A stretch of 52,626 nt of DNA from Methanomicrobiales archaeon (GCA_029907705.1 JARYLJ010000006.1:10271-62896); one strand, 5' to 3'. Shown: positions 1 through 10,347, counted from the stretch's first letter. Notes: a model not told the origin generated them from the letters alone. Numbers and translations: made by a program.

Positions 1-2583
1 GAGCGGGCGCTGAAGGAGAGCGAGGCAAGGTTCAGGAGGATCGTGGAGACCGCCAGCGAGGGGATCGTGGAGATGGACCGGCGCTTCGTCGTGACCCACG
101 TGAACAGCCGCGTCGCCGAGATGCTCGGCTATGCCCGTGAGGAGATCGTGGGGAGATCCATACTGGAGTTCATGCCCGCCGGGGAGCACGAGACCCAGCT
201 CAGGGAGCTGAGGGAGCGGATGAAGGGGTTCAACGGGAAGTACGAACGGCAGCTGATCTGCCGTGACGGGAGCATCAGGTGGGTACTCACCTCTGCGACG
301 CCCCTCTTCGGCGAATCAGGGGAGTTCCTCGGCTCCTTCGTGATGCTCACCGATGTGACCGAACGGCATAAGGCAGAGGAGGCGCTCCGCGAGGGGGAGC
401 GGAGGCTCGCCCAGATCATCGAGCACCTCCCCGATGCGACGCTCGCCATCGATCGGGAGGGCAAAGTGATCGCATGGAACCGGGCGATCGAGGAGATGAC
501 CGGCATACCGGCGGCGGAGATGATCGGCAGGGGCGACTTCGAGTACGCGATCCCCTTCTATGGCGAACGGAGGCCAATCCTGATCGATCTCCTCTCCGCA
601 CCCGAGGAGGAGCTCGCCAGGTACTATACGAGCATCAGGCGGGAGGGCGCCGCCCTGACAGCCGAGACCCTCCTTCCCGTCCTCAGGGGCGAGCGAAGGG
701 TGCTCTGGGCGAAGGCGACGCCGCTCTGCGACGAGAAAGGGGAGCGGGTGGGGGCGGTGGAATCGATCAGGGACCTCACCTGGCAGAAGGAGGTGGAGGA
801 GGCGCTCAGGGAGCGGGAGGAGATGCTGGAGAGCTATCTCCGCAACCTCCCAGTCGGGCTCTTCAGAACGACGGCAGGCGATGATGGCCGGATCGTCATG
901 GCGAACCCGGTGATCGCGAGGATGCACGGCTATGACTCCGTGGAGGAGATGAGGCAGCAGCCGGTGAGCGCCCTCTACGTCGATCCGGAGGAGAGGTCCA
1001 GGCTCTCCCGGGCAGTATGCGAACAGGGCGAGGTGATGGGTGCGGAGGTGAGGCTCAGGAAGAGGGACGGAGGGTTCTTCTGGGCCCACATCTCCGCAAG
1101 GGCTGTGAGGGATGCGCACGGGAGCGTCCTGTATCTCGACGGTGTGATCGAGGACATCACGCCCCTGAAGGAGGCGGAGCTCAGGCTTAGGGATAGCGAG
1201 AGAGAGTACCGCACCATCTTCGAGAACACGGGCACCGCGATGGCGATCATCGAGGAGGATACGACGATCAGCCTGGCGAACAGGTTCTTCGCCGCATTGA
1301 GCGGCTACACCCTGGGGGAGATACAGGGGAAGAAGCGGTGGACCGAGTTCGTGGTGAGGGAAGATCTGGAGAGGATGCTCGAACAGCACCGCCTGAGGAG
1401 GCAGGGGGCGAGCCATGCGCTGCGGCAGTACCAGTTCAGGTTCCTCACGAAGTCGGGGGAGACCAGGGACATCTCACTCGTGGTGGAGATGATACCCGGT
1501 ACTAGGAGGAGCGTCGCCTCCCTCCTCGACATCACGGAGCAGAAGAAGGCCGTCCGTGCGCTCGAGGAGCAGGAGGAGCGGTACCGTACCCTCGCCGAGA
1601 CGGCGCCTGCGATGATCTATGTGGTGAGCAGCGATGGCCGCATCGAGTACGTGAACACGCATGCGGCCGAACGCTTCAAGAGCACGCCGCAGGAGCTGCA
1701 GGGCAAGCAACTCTCGGAGATCTTCTCCCCCGCGATGGCGGAGAGGCACCTTCGGGTTATCAGGCAGGTGGTGGAGAGCAGGGAGCCGCTGAGCACGATC
1801 ATGAGGGAGGAGTTCAACGACGGTCCACGCTGGGTGGATATCCGTCTGACGCCGCTCAGATGCGGCAGGGGAGCGGTGCAGGGGGTGCTCGGCATCTTCC
1901 TCGATATCACGCAGCGGATCGAGATGGAGCAGCGGATCCGCGAGAGCGAGGAGAAATTCAGAAACCTCTTCGAGAATGCGAGCGATGCGATATTCCTATG
2001 CGAGGTGGGCGAAGACGGACTGCCCGCCGGCATCCTGGAGGCGAACATGGCCGCCTGCGCGATGCTCGGTTATTCGAGGGAAGAACTTTTGGGGGGGACG
2101 CTGCAGAACCTGGCCCCGCAGGAACGCAAGGGAGAGATCGCAGGGAGCCTCAACGCACTGAAGGATGCGGGGCATCTCCTCTACGAGTCCGAGTTCATGA
2201 GGCGGAACCGGACCCGCGTCCCCGTCGAGGTGGGCATGCATCTCTTCACCCTGGGCAGGAAGAGGGTGGCGCTGGGCATCGCGAGGGATATCACGGACCG
2301 GAAGATCGCCCAGCGGATCGAGAAGGAGGCGTTCGAGCAGATCGAGAGGAATATCATGCAGCTCTCCATACTGAATGACCACATCAGGAACCCCCTCGCC
2401 GTCATCGTCGCCATCGCGGATATGGAGGGCGGAAAGTCGATGAAGAGGATCCTGGAGCAGGCTCGGGAGATCGACCGGATCATCACCGAGCTGGATATGG
2501 CATGGCTGGAGTCGGAGAAGATCCGGGAGTTCATGCGGAAGCACTACGGTCTGATGGGCAGGGGGGCGGACGGCAAAGGTTGA
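1..2583 (+). CDS. Multi-PAS/PAC sensor protein, 5'-truncated by the window edge. It has at least 6 PAS repeats and a C-terminal H-box (HisKA-like) module with no ATPase domain.
   Basis: The reading frame is open from nt 1, upstream of the M at 43. PAS signatures such as DREGKVIAWNRAIEEMTGI recur. The C-terminal ~100 aa carry an H-box-like ILNDHIRNPLAVI, but the N/G1/F/G2 boxes are absent. The C-terminal module is a close paralog of the one ending ORF 34427..36748. Confidence 0.8.
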   Translation, partial: ERALKESEARFRRIVETASEGIVEMDRRFVVTHVNSRVAEMLGYAREEIVGRSILEFMPAGEHETQLRELRERMKGFNGKYERQLICRDGSIRWVLTSATPLFGESGEFLGSFVMLTDVTERHKAEEALREGERRLAQIIEHLPDATLAIDREGKVIAWNRAIEEMTGIPAAEMIGRGDFEYAIPFYGERRPILIDLLSAPEEELARYYTSIRREGAALTAETLLPVLRGERRVLWAKATPLCDEKGERVGAVESIRDLTWQKEVEEALREREEMLESYLRNLPVGLFRTTAGDDGRIVMANPVIARMHGYDSVEEMRQQPVSALYVDPEERSRLSRAVCEQGEVMGAEVRLRKRDGGFFWAHISARAVRDAHGSVLYLDGVIEDITPLKEAELRLRDSEREYRTIFENTGTAMAIIEEDTTISLANRFFAALSGYTLGEIQGKKRWTEFVVREDLERMLEQHRLRRQGASHALRQYQFRFLTKSGETRDISLVVEMIPGTRRSVASLLDITEQKKAVRALEEQEERYRTLAETAPAMIYVVSSDGRIEYVNTHAAERFKSTPQELQGKQLSEIFSPAMAERHLRVIRQVVESREPLSTIMREEFNDGPRWVDIRLTPLRCGRGAVQGVLGIFLDITQRIEMEQRIRESEEKFRNLFENASDAIFLCEVGEDGLPAGILEANMAACAMLGYSREELLGGTLQNLAPQERKGEIAGSLNALKDAGHLLYESEFMRRNRTRVPVEVGMHLFTLGRKRVALGIARDITDRKIAQRIEKEAFEQIERNIMQLSILNDHIRNPLAVIVAIADMEGGKSMKRILEQAREIDRIITELDMAWLESEKIREFMRKHYGLMGRGADGKG

Positions 2584-2696
2584 GTGACGCCTCGCGTGTC
2601 ATCCTCTGTCTGAATCCTCCGATGGACGGGAGGCCCGGATAGGGGGGGGCAGGGGATCGCAGTGAGTCTGTGGAGCGAACCCCTTCTCCACGAATA

Positions 2697-2759
2697 GTGA
2701 TCCCCTCCCACCGCTCCTTGATCCCCTCCTGCCGCTCCGTGATCCTCCCGGAGCGGAAG
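2697..2759. repeat. Three tandem imperfect ~21-bp direct repeats (kTGATCCCCTCCyrCCGCTCC) in the intergenic region upstream of the Clp1-like gene
   Basis: Read directly: gtgatcccctcccaccgctcc / ttgatcccctcctgccgctcc / gtgatcctcccggagcggaag, about 70 nt before the ATG at 2831. Confidence 0.5.
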
Positions 2760-2830
2760 TTCAGGTTCTCTGGGTAAGGGGATCTCGGCCGGGATACGAC
2801 TGTCTGCTTCTTCCATCACTGAATTTATGA

Positions 2831-3766
2831 ATGTGCGCGGTCGATACCCCTGTGATGTGGCCGTATTCCGAAGCACGGCCGGAGATAGAACCGCTGCCGG
2901 AGTGGCAGGAGCTGCTGGAGGAGCTGATAGCATCGGATGGCAGGAGGACGATATACCTCCTCGGAAGGACCGATACAGGCAAGACGACGCTCTGCTGCTA
3001 CCTTCTCCACGGGTTGAGGGACAGGAGGAGGTGCGCTCTCATCGACGGCGATACAGGGCAGAGCACGGTGGGGCCGCCCACCACGCTGGGCCTCGCGCTC
3101 TGCGGGGGCGAGGTGACCGGGTACGGTGCGGTGCGGCTCAGGTTCGCCGGGAGCACCTCGCCGAGGGGGCATTTTCTGCCCTTTCTCACCGGGGCCCGGC
3201 GCCTGCTCGACGAGGCGGTGGCGCTGGGTGCGGAGACCGTACTGATCGACTCCCCCGGTTATGTGGGGGAGGAGGCGGCGCTCGAGTTCCAGGTGCACAT
3301 GATCGATCTGCTGATGCCGCAGGAGCTGGTCGCGATCGCCCCGGACGGTGAGCTGGAGCTGATCCTCACCTGCTTCAGGGGGGAGAGCGCGATCCATATA
3401 CACCGACTACCGCTGCCTCCGCGTGCCAGGCGCAGGACACAGGCGGAGAGGCAGCGGTGGAGGGAGTCGGCCTTCAGGTGTTACTTCCGCGCCGCGTCGG
3501 AGCAGGAGATCTCGCTGGAGGGGAGGGGGGTGCATGGGAGGCTACCTGCCTCCTTCCGGTCGGAGGACTGGAGGGGGCTGATCGTCGCGCTCTGCGACGG
3601 CATGCACTTCGTCCTCGCCCTCGCCATCGTGGAGGAGCTGGACATCGAGAGGTGGCTGCTCCGCGTTCGTGCACCTGAGTTCGACAGGAAGAGGGTATCG
3701 GTCATCCAGGTGGGCTCGATCCGGCTGGATGCAGAGCGGGTTTTTGCGGGAGAGGGATGGGCATGA
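2831..3766 (+). CDS. Clp1/Grc3-family P-loop polynucleotide 5'-hydroxyl kinase-like protein
   Basis: The Walker A motif GRTDTGKTT is followed by the Clp1-type Walker B/lid motif IDGDTGQS. Length of 311 aa and the archaeal context fit the family. The ATG at 2831 was verified in the sequence. Confidence 0.6.
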   Translation: MCAVDTPVMWPYSEARPEIEPLPEWQELLEELIASDGRRTIYLLGRTDTGKTTLCCYLLHGLRDRRRCALIDGDTGQSTVGPPTTLGLALCGGEVTGYGAVRLRFAGSTSPRGHFLPFLTGARRLLDEAVALGAETVLIDSPGYVGEEAALEFQVHMIDLLMPQELVAIAPDGELELILTCFRGESAIHIHRLPLPPRARRRTQAERQRWRESAFRCYFRAASEQEISLEGRGVHGRLPASFRSEDWRGLIVALCDGMHFVLALAIVEELDIERWLLRVRAPEFDRKRVSVIQVGSIRLDAERVFAGEGWA

Positions 3767-3932
3767 GACCGGACACACCGGAGCATACGCACGGGCAGAT
3801 GCAAACCTCTTCTCCTGAAAAGAGGAAGGGTAGAGCCGCATGCCGGAGGAAGGCCTGGTGGGTGGGGGCAGATTGACCGAAAGAACGGGAGAACAGGGAT
3901 CTGTACCGAAGGAGCGTGCATCCCGGATCGTG

Positions 3933-5003
3933 ATGCTCGTGGATCTGGACTCCTTTTACGCCTCCGTGGAGGAGCAGCGCCATCCGGAACTCAGAGGAAG
4001 GCCGGTGGTCATCTGCATGTTCTCGGGGAGGACGGAGGACTCCGGGGCGGTGGCGACCGCGAACTACCGTGCCCGGGCGCTGGGGGTAAAGGCCGGGATG
4101 CCCATCCCTCTGGCAAAAAGGCTGGTAAAGGAGGGGGATGCGGTCTTTCTGCCGGCGGACCGTGAACACTACAGGGAGGTCTCGGATCGGATCATGGAGA
4201 TCCTAGGGGAGGAGGCGGATGCGTTGGAGCAGGTCTCCATCGACGAGGCGTATCTGGACGTCACCGCCCGTACGGGAGGCCTCTGGCGGGAGGCAGAGAG
4301 GATCGCCTCGCAGATCAAGGGCCGGATCAGGGAGCAGGAGGGAGTCACCTGCTCCATCGGTATAGGGCCGAACAAGTTCGTCGCGAAGATGGCCACAAGC
4401 AGGCAGAAGCCCGACGGTCTGACGATCGTCAGGGAGGAGGAGGTGCAGGAGTTCCTCGCCCCGCTCCTCGTGGAGGAGCTCCACGGCGTGGGGCCGAAGA
4501 CGGCGGAGGCGCTCCGGGAGATGGGTGTGATCACGGCGAAGGACCTGGCGCAGGTGGATGTGCAGGAGCTGGTCGGGATCTTCGGGGAGGCGAGAGGGGT
4601 ATACCTGAAGGAGATCGCACGGGGAATAGACCCCTCCCCCGTGGCGAAGAGGGAGCGGACGCAGTTCTCGCGCATCGCCACGCTGAAGGAGGATACGAGG
4701 GACGAAGATGCCATCATGGAGCGGATGGTCGAACTGGGCGATCAGCTGGAGAGGAAGCTGACGGAGACGAACGTTGGGTTCAGGACGCTCTCGATCATCC
4801 TGATCGATACGCGGCTGAGGACGCACACGAAGAGCGAGACGCTTCCGCACAGCCGATCGGTGAGGGAGAAGATACCGATCGTCAGGCGCCTGCTGCAGGA
4901 GTGGCTGGCGGAGCAAGGAGCATCGCTCGTGAGAAGGGTCGGGGTCAGGGTATCGAACCTCTCCCATGTGGGATCGCAGCGCACCCTGACGGACTTCGGC
5001 TGA
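3933..5003 (+). CDS. dinB: Y-family DNA polymerase IV (DinB/Dpo4-like)
   Basis: The N-terminus MLVDLDSFYASVE matches the conserved DinB start. The rest has typical palm, finger and little-finger organisation. The track ORF begins at 3840, but the conserved N-terminus points to the ATG at 3933. Confidence 0.85.
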   Translation: MLVDLDSFYASVEEQRHPELRGRPVVICMFSGRTEDSGAVATANYRARALGVKAGMPIPLAKRLVKEGDAVFLPADREHYREVSDRIMEILGEEADALEQVSIDEAYLDVTARTGGLWREAERIASQIKGRIREQEGVTCSIGIGPNKFVAKMATSRQKPDGLTIVREEEVQEFLAPLLVEELHGVGPKTAEALREMGVITAKDLAQVDVQELVGIFGEARGVYLKEIARGIDPSPVAKRERTQFSRIATLKEDTRDEDAIMERMVELGDQLERKLTETNVGFRTLSIILIDTRLRTHTKSETLPHSRSVREKIPIVRRLLQEWLAEQGASLVRRVGVRVSNLSHVGSQRTLTDFG

Positions 5004-5480
5004 TCGCTGCAGGGGTATGCGATCGAAGGATCACCCATCGAAGCCTCCGATGTGGCAGCGGCCGTCTCTTTCAGGTGATTGGACATGGAAGATCGGACGC
5101 CGGGAACGGAGCATGGTTACACCCCCGATACCTCCAAAGAAATGGCGATCCACCCGGAGGACAAGGGGGCGGGGTGGGTGATAAGAGGCACCGGTGTATA
5201 GGGTGGCCGGGCCGGCGTGACATTTTCACACCGATGCAGGAAAGAGGCGATCGGGGAGGGTTTATTTTTGAATTCTTGCCCCACTCCAGGCATGAAGGGA
5301 CAGGGTTCATCCGAATCACCATGGGCGAAGGCAGGATGCCGGAACAGAGGCAGTAGCCCTTGATCGTTCCATCTTCCATGGTAGGTCGTCACAGGGTGCG
5401 ATGCCCACGTCCACAAGGGAGAAGATCGCCCGTGATCGGTTTATCTCCCCCTGCGTCTTCCCTGTACGTGGTGAAACCGC

Positions 5481-5951
5481 ATGGATGATGCAGCGAAACC
5501 GACGAACGTACGACTGACGACGACGATGGGCAATATCGTGATCAGGCTCCGTCCCGATATGCCCCTCACCGCAGGCAACTTCGAGAAACTGGTGAGGAAG
5601 GGGTTCTATGACCATACCATATTCCACCGGGTGATCGACCGGTTCATGATACAGGGCGGAGATCCCACGGGTACCGGCAGAGGGGGACCGGGGTATATGA
5701 TAAAGGACGAATTCACGCGGACGAACCGGAATGCGAGGGGGACGGTAGCGATGGCGAATGCGGGGCCGAACACTGGCGGGAGCCAGTTCTTCATCAATCT
5801 GGTGGACAACCACCACCTGGACAGGAACCACCCGGTCTTCGGGGAGGTCATAGAGGGGATGGAGGTGGTGGAGGCGATCGGGAAGGTGCCCACGGACTCG
5901 ATGGACCGGCCGAGGAGAGAGGTGAAGATCCTGAAGGCGGAGGTGCTGTAG
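5481..5951 (+). CDS. ppiB: Cyclophilin-type peptidyl-prolyl cis-trans isomerase
   Basis: Carries the motifs FHRVIDRFMIQGGDP and NTGGSQFFI. Confidence 0.9.
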   Translation: MDDAAKPTNVRLTTTMGNIVIRLRPDMPLTAGNFEKLVRKGFYDHTIFHRVIDRFMIQGGDPTGTGRGGPGYMIKDEFTRTNRNARGTVAMANAGPNTGGSQFFINLVDNHHLDRNHPVFGEVIEGMEVVEAIGKVPTDSMDRPRREVKILKAEVL

Positions 5952-6146
5952 GAACGCGATATAACGTCCTGGTGGACACCTGTGCAGGGGGCTGGGAGCG
6001 GGGAAGAGATCCCCCGTCGCATCGGGCAGGGGACCGCGGGTGCAGGATGTCCGGCATCTGGAGGGGTGTCGTTCGGGCAGGGACAGGGGAGCAGGAATAG
6101 CCAAACTTTTTAAGCCGGCAGGAAACTCCTACCGGTAGGGATACAG

Positions 6147-6629
6147 ATGAAATATCTCGTGGTTTATTACTCCTGGAAGGGGCATACGGGGAAGGTGGCC
6201 TCTGCCCTCGCGCAGAAACTGGGTGCGGAGATCGTGAAGATCGAGGCCGCGGACAACCCCGGTTTCTTCGTGAGGCTGGTGAAGGCGGTCTTCGGGATGA
6301 AGGGGCCCATCGCGCCCGTGAAGAGCTCGATGAAGGATGTGGATCACCTGATCGTCGCGTGCCCTGTCTGGGCCCACCGGATCCCGCCGTATGTCAGGAC
6401 ATACCTGGAGCAGCTGAGCGATGGGGCGGGAAAACCCTTCTCCGTACTCGTGGAGATGGGTGGTACGGGTGCGGAGAAGGCGATCGGGTGCGCGAGGGAG
6501 TTGCTCGAGCGGAAGGGGATGAAGTTCGTCGCCTCCGCATCCACGATCGAGCGCGAGGTGGAGAACAACACCTTCGGTGAGAAGATCGACCGGTTCGTCC
6601 AGGAGATCAGGGGCAGGGAGACCGCGTGA
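6147..6629 (+). CDS. Flavodoxin-like fold protein
   Basis: The N-terminus MKYLVVYYSWKGHTGKVA has the flavodoxin signature. Length 160 aa. Confidence 0.7.
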   Translation: MKYLVVYYSWKGHTGKVASALAQKLGAEIVKIEAADNPGFFVRLVKAVFGMKGPIAPVKSSMKDVDHLIVACPVWAHRIPPYVRTYLEQLSDGAGKPFSVLVEMGGTGAEKAIGCARELLERKGMKFVASASTIEREVENNTFGEKIDRFVQEIRGRETA

Positions 6630-6702
6630 TACCCCTCGTCCAGAGATGCCAACCCGTCCTGCGGGCGAATGCATACGGTCTCATGGATTCTCTTACGCAG
6701 AT

Positions 6703-7662
6703 ATGAGGGGCGTGATCGCGGTCGATCTCGGCGCCACGAGGACGCGGGTGGCGCTCGTCGGCGATGGCGGAACGGTGCACAGGAGGATCGAGGAGGAGAC
6801 GCGAACGGATGGAGGGAGCCCCGGCTCCATCGCCGCATCGCTCATCGCACTCGTCAGAAGGCTGCTCCATGAACAAGGGGGTGCGGAGGTGGATGGGATC
6901 GGGGTGAGCGCCGCCGGTCCCGTGGATATCGCGAGAGGGGTGGTGACGAATCCTCCGAACATCCCGGTCCGCGAGATCCCTGTTGTCGGGCCGCTCACGA
7001 AGGCCTTCGATCTCCCCGTGCATCTCGTGAACGACTGCCATGCCGGTCTACTCGGTGAGATGCAGTTCGGGATCGGCCGGGGGCGGGATAATGTGGTGTA
7101 CATCACGATCTCCACCGGCATCGGGGGAGGGGTGATCGATAACGGGAGGATATTGCTCGGCAGAGGCGGGAATGCCGCGGAGATCGGGCATTTCGTCGTC
7201 GATACGAAGTACGGGATGGAATGCGGCTGCGGGCACACAGGCCACTGGGAGGGTTATGCCTCCGGCAGGTTCCTTCCCCGCTTCTTCGGGCACTGGTGCA
7301 GGATACAGGGGGAGCGGAGGGATACGGGCTTCACGAATGCGGAGGGGATCTTCGCCGCGGCGACGGGGGGCGATCCGCGTGCGCTCGCATTCATGGAGGA
7401 GCTGGGCAGGATCAATGCGAAGGGGATCTCGAACGTGATCGTCGCCTACGACCCTTCGCTGATCGTACTGGACGGGGCGGTGGCGAGGATGAACCGGCGG
7501 TTCATCATCCCCCCGATTCTGGAGCATGTGGACCGGTTCCTCCCCATGCCGGAGATGCTGGTGACGGCGCTCGACGGGGATGCCCCCCTGCTGGGCGCGT
7601 CCCTCGTCGCACGCGGCTACGATACCAGTTTCGGCTCCTTCCGAAGGCCGCGGAGCGGGTGA
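6703..7662 (+). CDS. ROK-family sugar kinase or regulator (glucokinase-like)
   Basis: ROK N-terminal motif IAVDLGATRTRVAL, zinc-site-like CGCGHTGHWE and the GIGGGV glycine motif. Start moved from the track's 6577 to the ATG at 6703, which lies after the flavodoxin stop and was verified in the sequence. Confidence 0.8.
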   Translation: MRGVIAVDLGATRTRVALVGDGGTVHRRIEEETRTDGGSPGSIAASLIALVRRLLHEQGGAEVDGIGVSAAGPVDIARGVVTNPPNIPVREIPVVGPLTKAFDLPVHLVNDCHAGLLGEMQFGIGRGRDNVVYITISTGIGGGVIDNGRILLGRGGNAAEIGHFVVDTKYGMECGCGHTGHWEGYASGRFLPRFFGHWCRIQGERRDTGFTNAEGIFAAATGGDPRALAFMEELGRINAKGISNVIVAYDPSLIVLDGAVARMNRRFIIPPILEHVDRFLPMPEMLVTALDGDAPLLGASLVARGYDTSFGSFRRPRSG

Positions 7663-7791
7663 CCTCACTCGACGAACCGCTTCACCTTCGGGAGGATGCC
7701 GCCCCGCCGATGGTATGGGGGAGTGAACGAATGAAAAACTGGCAATGATCGAAGATACGGTTCGCTGAAGGAAGGGTGAGGTAAAAGGAGA

Positions 7792-9009
7792 TCAGTCCGG
7801 TATCCTTCTCACGCACCCCTCCATCTCCGCCGCCTCCCTCACGGCCGCCGCGACGATGGGGACGACGCCCCTGTCGAGAGGGGAGGGTAGTATCTCTGTC
7901 GCCGTGGGCGCCGATACGTAATCCGCGAGTGCATGGGCAGCCGCGAGCTTCATGCCATCCGTGATGCGTGTCGCCCTCGCATCGAGTGCGCCCCTGAAGA
8001 TACCGGGGAAACCGAGGAGGTTGTTCACCTGGTTCGGAAAGTCGCTCCTCCCCGAGGCGGCGATGGCGGCGCCCGCACCGATCGCCAGATCGGGCATGAT
8101 CTCGGGGACAGGGTTTGCGAGTGCGAGGACGATCGGGGATTCGGCCATCGTGGCGACCATCTCGGGCGAGACGATCCCGCCCGCCGATACCCCGATAAAG
8201 ACGTCCGCACCCTCGAGCGCATCGGCAAGCGTGCCCTTCCTCCCGTGCGGATTCGTCTCGTGGGCGATGATGTACTTGAACCTGTTCCGCAGGAGGTCCT
8301 CCCGCCTCCGGTGGATGATCCCCTTCGTATCGCAGACGATCAGATCCTTCACGGGGACGCAGGCGCGCCGATCGTACCCGATGCAGCGGAGCAGGCGCGT
8401 GATCGCGAACCCCGCGGCCCCCGCTCCGGCGATGACGATGCGGAGGGAGGAGAAGGGCCTACCTGTCACCCTGCAGGCGTTGATCAGGGCGGCGAGTACC
8501 ACGACAGCAGTGCCGTGCTGATCGTCGTGCATCACGGGGATGCCGATCTCCTGCAGCGCCTCCTCCACCTCGAAGCACTTCGGGGCGGCGATGTCCTCCA
8601 GGTTGATACCCCCGAAGACAGGGGCGATGTTCTTCACGTCCTCGACGAAATCGGTGTGGTATCCCTCGAAACAGATGGGAAAGGCGTCGATGCCGGCGAA
8701 CTCCTTGAAGAGCATCGCCTTGCCCTCCATCACGGGGATCGCCGCATAACCGCCGATGTTCCCGAGCCCCAGCACCGCCGAACCGTCGGTGACGATCGCG
8801 ACCGTGTTGGATTTCAGGGTGTACCTGTAGGCGAGGTCCCGGTCCCGCTGGATCTCGCGGCATACCTCCGCGACGCCAGGCGTGTATGCGAGGGCCAGAT
8901 CGCGCCGCGTCTTCAGCGGGATCTTCGATCGGATCTCGATCTTCCCCCTGTGCATTGCATGGAGCGCGAGCGACTCCTCGTGGAGGTCGGAGATGTGGAG
9001 ATCTTCCAT
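7792..9009 (-). CDS. NAD(P)-dependent malic enzyme (malate dehydrogenase, decarboxylating)
   Basis: Conserved malic-enzyme blocks YTPGVAEVC, TDGSAVLGLGNIG and a Rossmann region GAGAAG. Length 405 aa. Confidence 0.9.
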   Translation of the reverse strand: MEDLHISDLHEESLALHAMHRGKIEIRSKIPLKTRRDLALAYTPGVAEVCREIQRDRDLAYRYTLKSNTVAIVTDGSAVLGLGNIGGYAAIPVMEGKAMLFKEFAGIDAFPICFEGYHTDFVEDVKNIAPVFGGINLEDIAAPKCFEVEEALQEIGIPVMHDDQHGTAVVVLAALINACRVTGRPFSSLRIVIAGAGAAGFAITRLLRCIGYDRRACVPVKDLIVCDTKGIIHRRREDLLRNRFKYIIAHETNPHGRKGTLADALEGADVFIGVSAGGIVSPEMVATMAESPIVLALANPVPEIMPDLAIGAGAAIAASGRSDFPNQVNNLLGFPGIFRGALDARATRITDGMKLAAAHALADYVSAPTATEILPSPLDRGVVPIVAAAVREAAEMEGCVRRIPD

Positions 9010-9321
9010 GGCAGAATCCTGTCATCTCCATAGATGAAGTTTTCCGAAGAGAGGGGCATGCCCCTGTCCCGAGCCAGGGAGTGGATCGTCGGAGCCGATG
9101 CCGGGTCCGGGTTCATGGCACTCCCTGAAGATACACATGGGTGGAGCGGATCGATTGCAGGGTGTTCGTGTCCGGGAGGCGAGATGCCGGCGAGCCCCAA
9201 GAACGGTGGACCCGATATTCCGTGCATGGAAGGGGGTTGCCCTGCGAGACAGAGATTATACGATCTCCCATATTTAGCCCTCGCGGGGAAGGAATACGGT
9301 AATCAGGTATCAGATTAAATC

Positions 9322-10347
9322 ATGATCAGAGAACGTAAAGAAAAGAGAGTGAACAGCGTGGAACGAAAGAGTGGCTCGAACGAAGGAGCGGGCTCCGGAT
9401 TCTGGATGTATGCGGCAGTCCTTCTCTTCATCGCCCTCGTGGCCATGATCGCGGTCTATTTCATGTTCCCCCCACGCGACGGGATCGCCGGGAAGGTGAC
9501 GGGAGACGCCTGCGGAAGTTCGGTCATCGCCTATATCAACAGCAACCTCGTCTCAGGCACGGAGAGGGCCAGCCTCGTCTCGGTGAAGGAGAGCAATGGG
9601 ATGTACGAGATCGTCACCGGTTACCAGGGGCAGAATATACCCGTGTATGCGAGTATGGATTGCGTGCTTCTCTTCCTGGGCGAGCCCCTTGATGTAACGG
9701 AGGCCCTGGAGACGCCTGTCCCCACGCCGACCGCCACCCAGCCCGCGACGATGGTGAAGACGGAGAAGCCGGTGGTCGATCTGTATGTGATGGCATTCTG
9801 TCCTTACGGTGTTCAGGCGGAGAATGCGATGAAGCCGGTCGTGGAACTCCTCGCAGGGATGGTGGATGTGAAGGTGCGTTACATCGCAAGGGTGGGGGGC
9901 AGCACGGTCGATACCGTACAGTCTCTGCACGGCATCAACGAGGCAAAGGAGGATTTGAGGCAGCTCTGCATCCAGAAGCGGCACCCGGATCGGTTCTGGT
10001 CGTACCTGATGCAGATGAACAGCGAATGCTACCCGATCTACAGCAATGCCACGAAGCTGGATGAATGCTGGAAGAACGCTTCGCTGTCGCTCGGGATCGA
10101 TCCGGCAGAGATCGAGGAGTGTGCATACGGGAGCGAGGGGATCGGCCTGCTGAAAGCAGACGAAGAGATCGTCTCCAGAAACAGGGTGACCGGTTCGCCG
10201 ACTCTGATCATCAACGATGCAAGATATTCGGGTGCACGTTCGCCAGAGGCATTCAAACAGGCAATCTGCGGCGCCTTCCGGGCGGTGCCCGATGCGTGCA
10301 GCGTGAACCTCACTTCCACACAGGCGGGGACTTCCGGGCAATGCTGA
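9322..10347 (+). CDS. Membrane-anchored DsbA-like thioredoxin-fold protein with a CPYG (single-Cys) motif
   Basis: An N-terminal basic tail plus transmembrane helix. The DsbA-like domain has FCPYGVQ in place of the usual CPHC. ATG verified at 9322. Confidence 0.6.
   Translation: MIRERKEKRVNSVERKSGSNEGAGSGFWMYAAVLLFIALVAMIAVYFMFPPRDGIAGKVTGDACGSSVIAYINSNLVSGTERASLVSVKESNGMYEIVTGYQGQNIPVYASMDCVLLFLGEPLDVTEALETPVPTPTATQPATMVKTEKPVVDLYVMAFCPYGVQAENAMKPVVELLAGMVDVKVRYIARVGGSTVDTVQSLHGINEAKEDLRQLCIQKRHPDRFWSYLMQMNSECYPIYSNATKLDECWKNASLSLGIDPAEIEECAYGSEGIGLLKADEEIVSRNRVTGSPTLIINDARYSGARSPEAFKQAICGAFRAVPDACSVNLTSTQAGTSGQC

Noticed and set aside
316-1416. Long antisense or alternative-frame ORFs overlapping well-supported genes (for example 316..1416-, 5316..6104-, 7933..9033+, 14235..15164-, 17817..18743+, 40165..41256+, 44401..45540-)
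   Set aside because: These are typical stop-codon-poor frames in 60%+ GC DNA. The proteins are Arg/Pro/Gly-rich low-complexity with no motifs, and each is fully overlapped by a gene with clear homology.
9034-9318. A 94-aa ORF in the divergent promoter region between the malic enzyme and DsbA-like genes
   Set aside because: It has no motif. It sits where the promoters of both flanking genes must lie. It has a Gly/Pro-rich composition.
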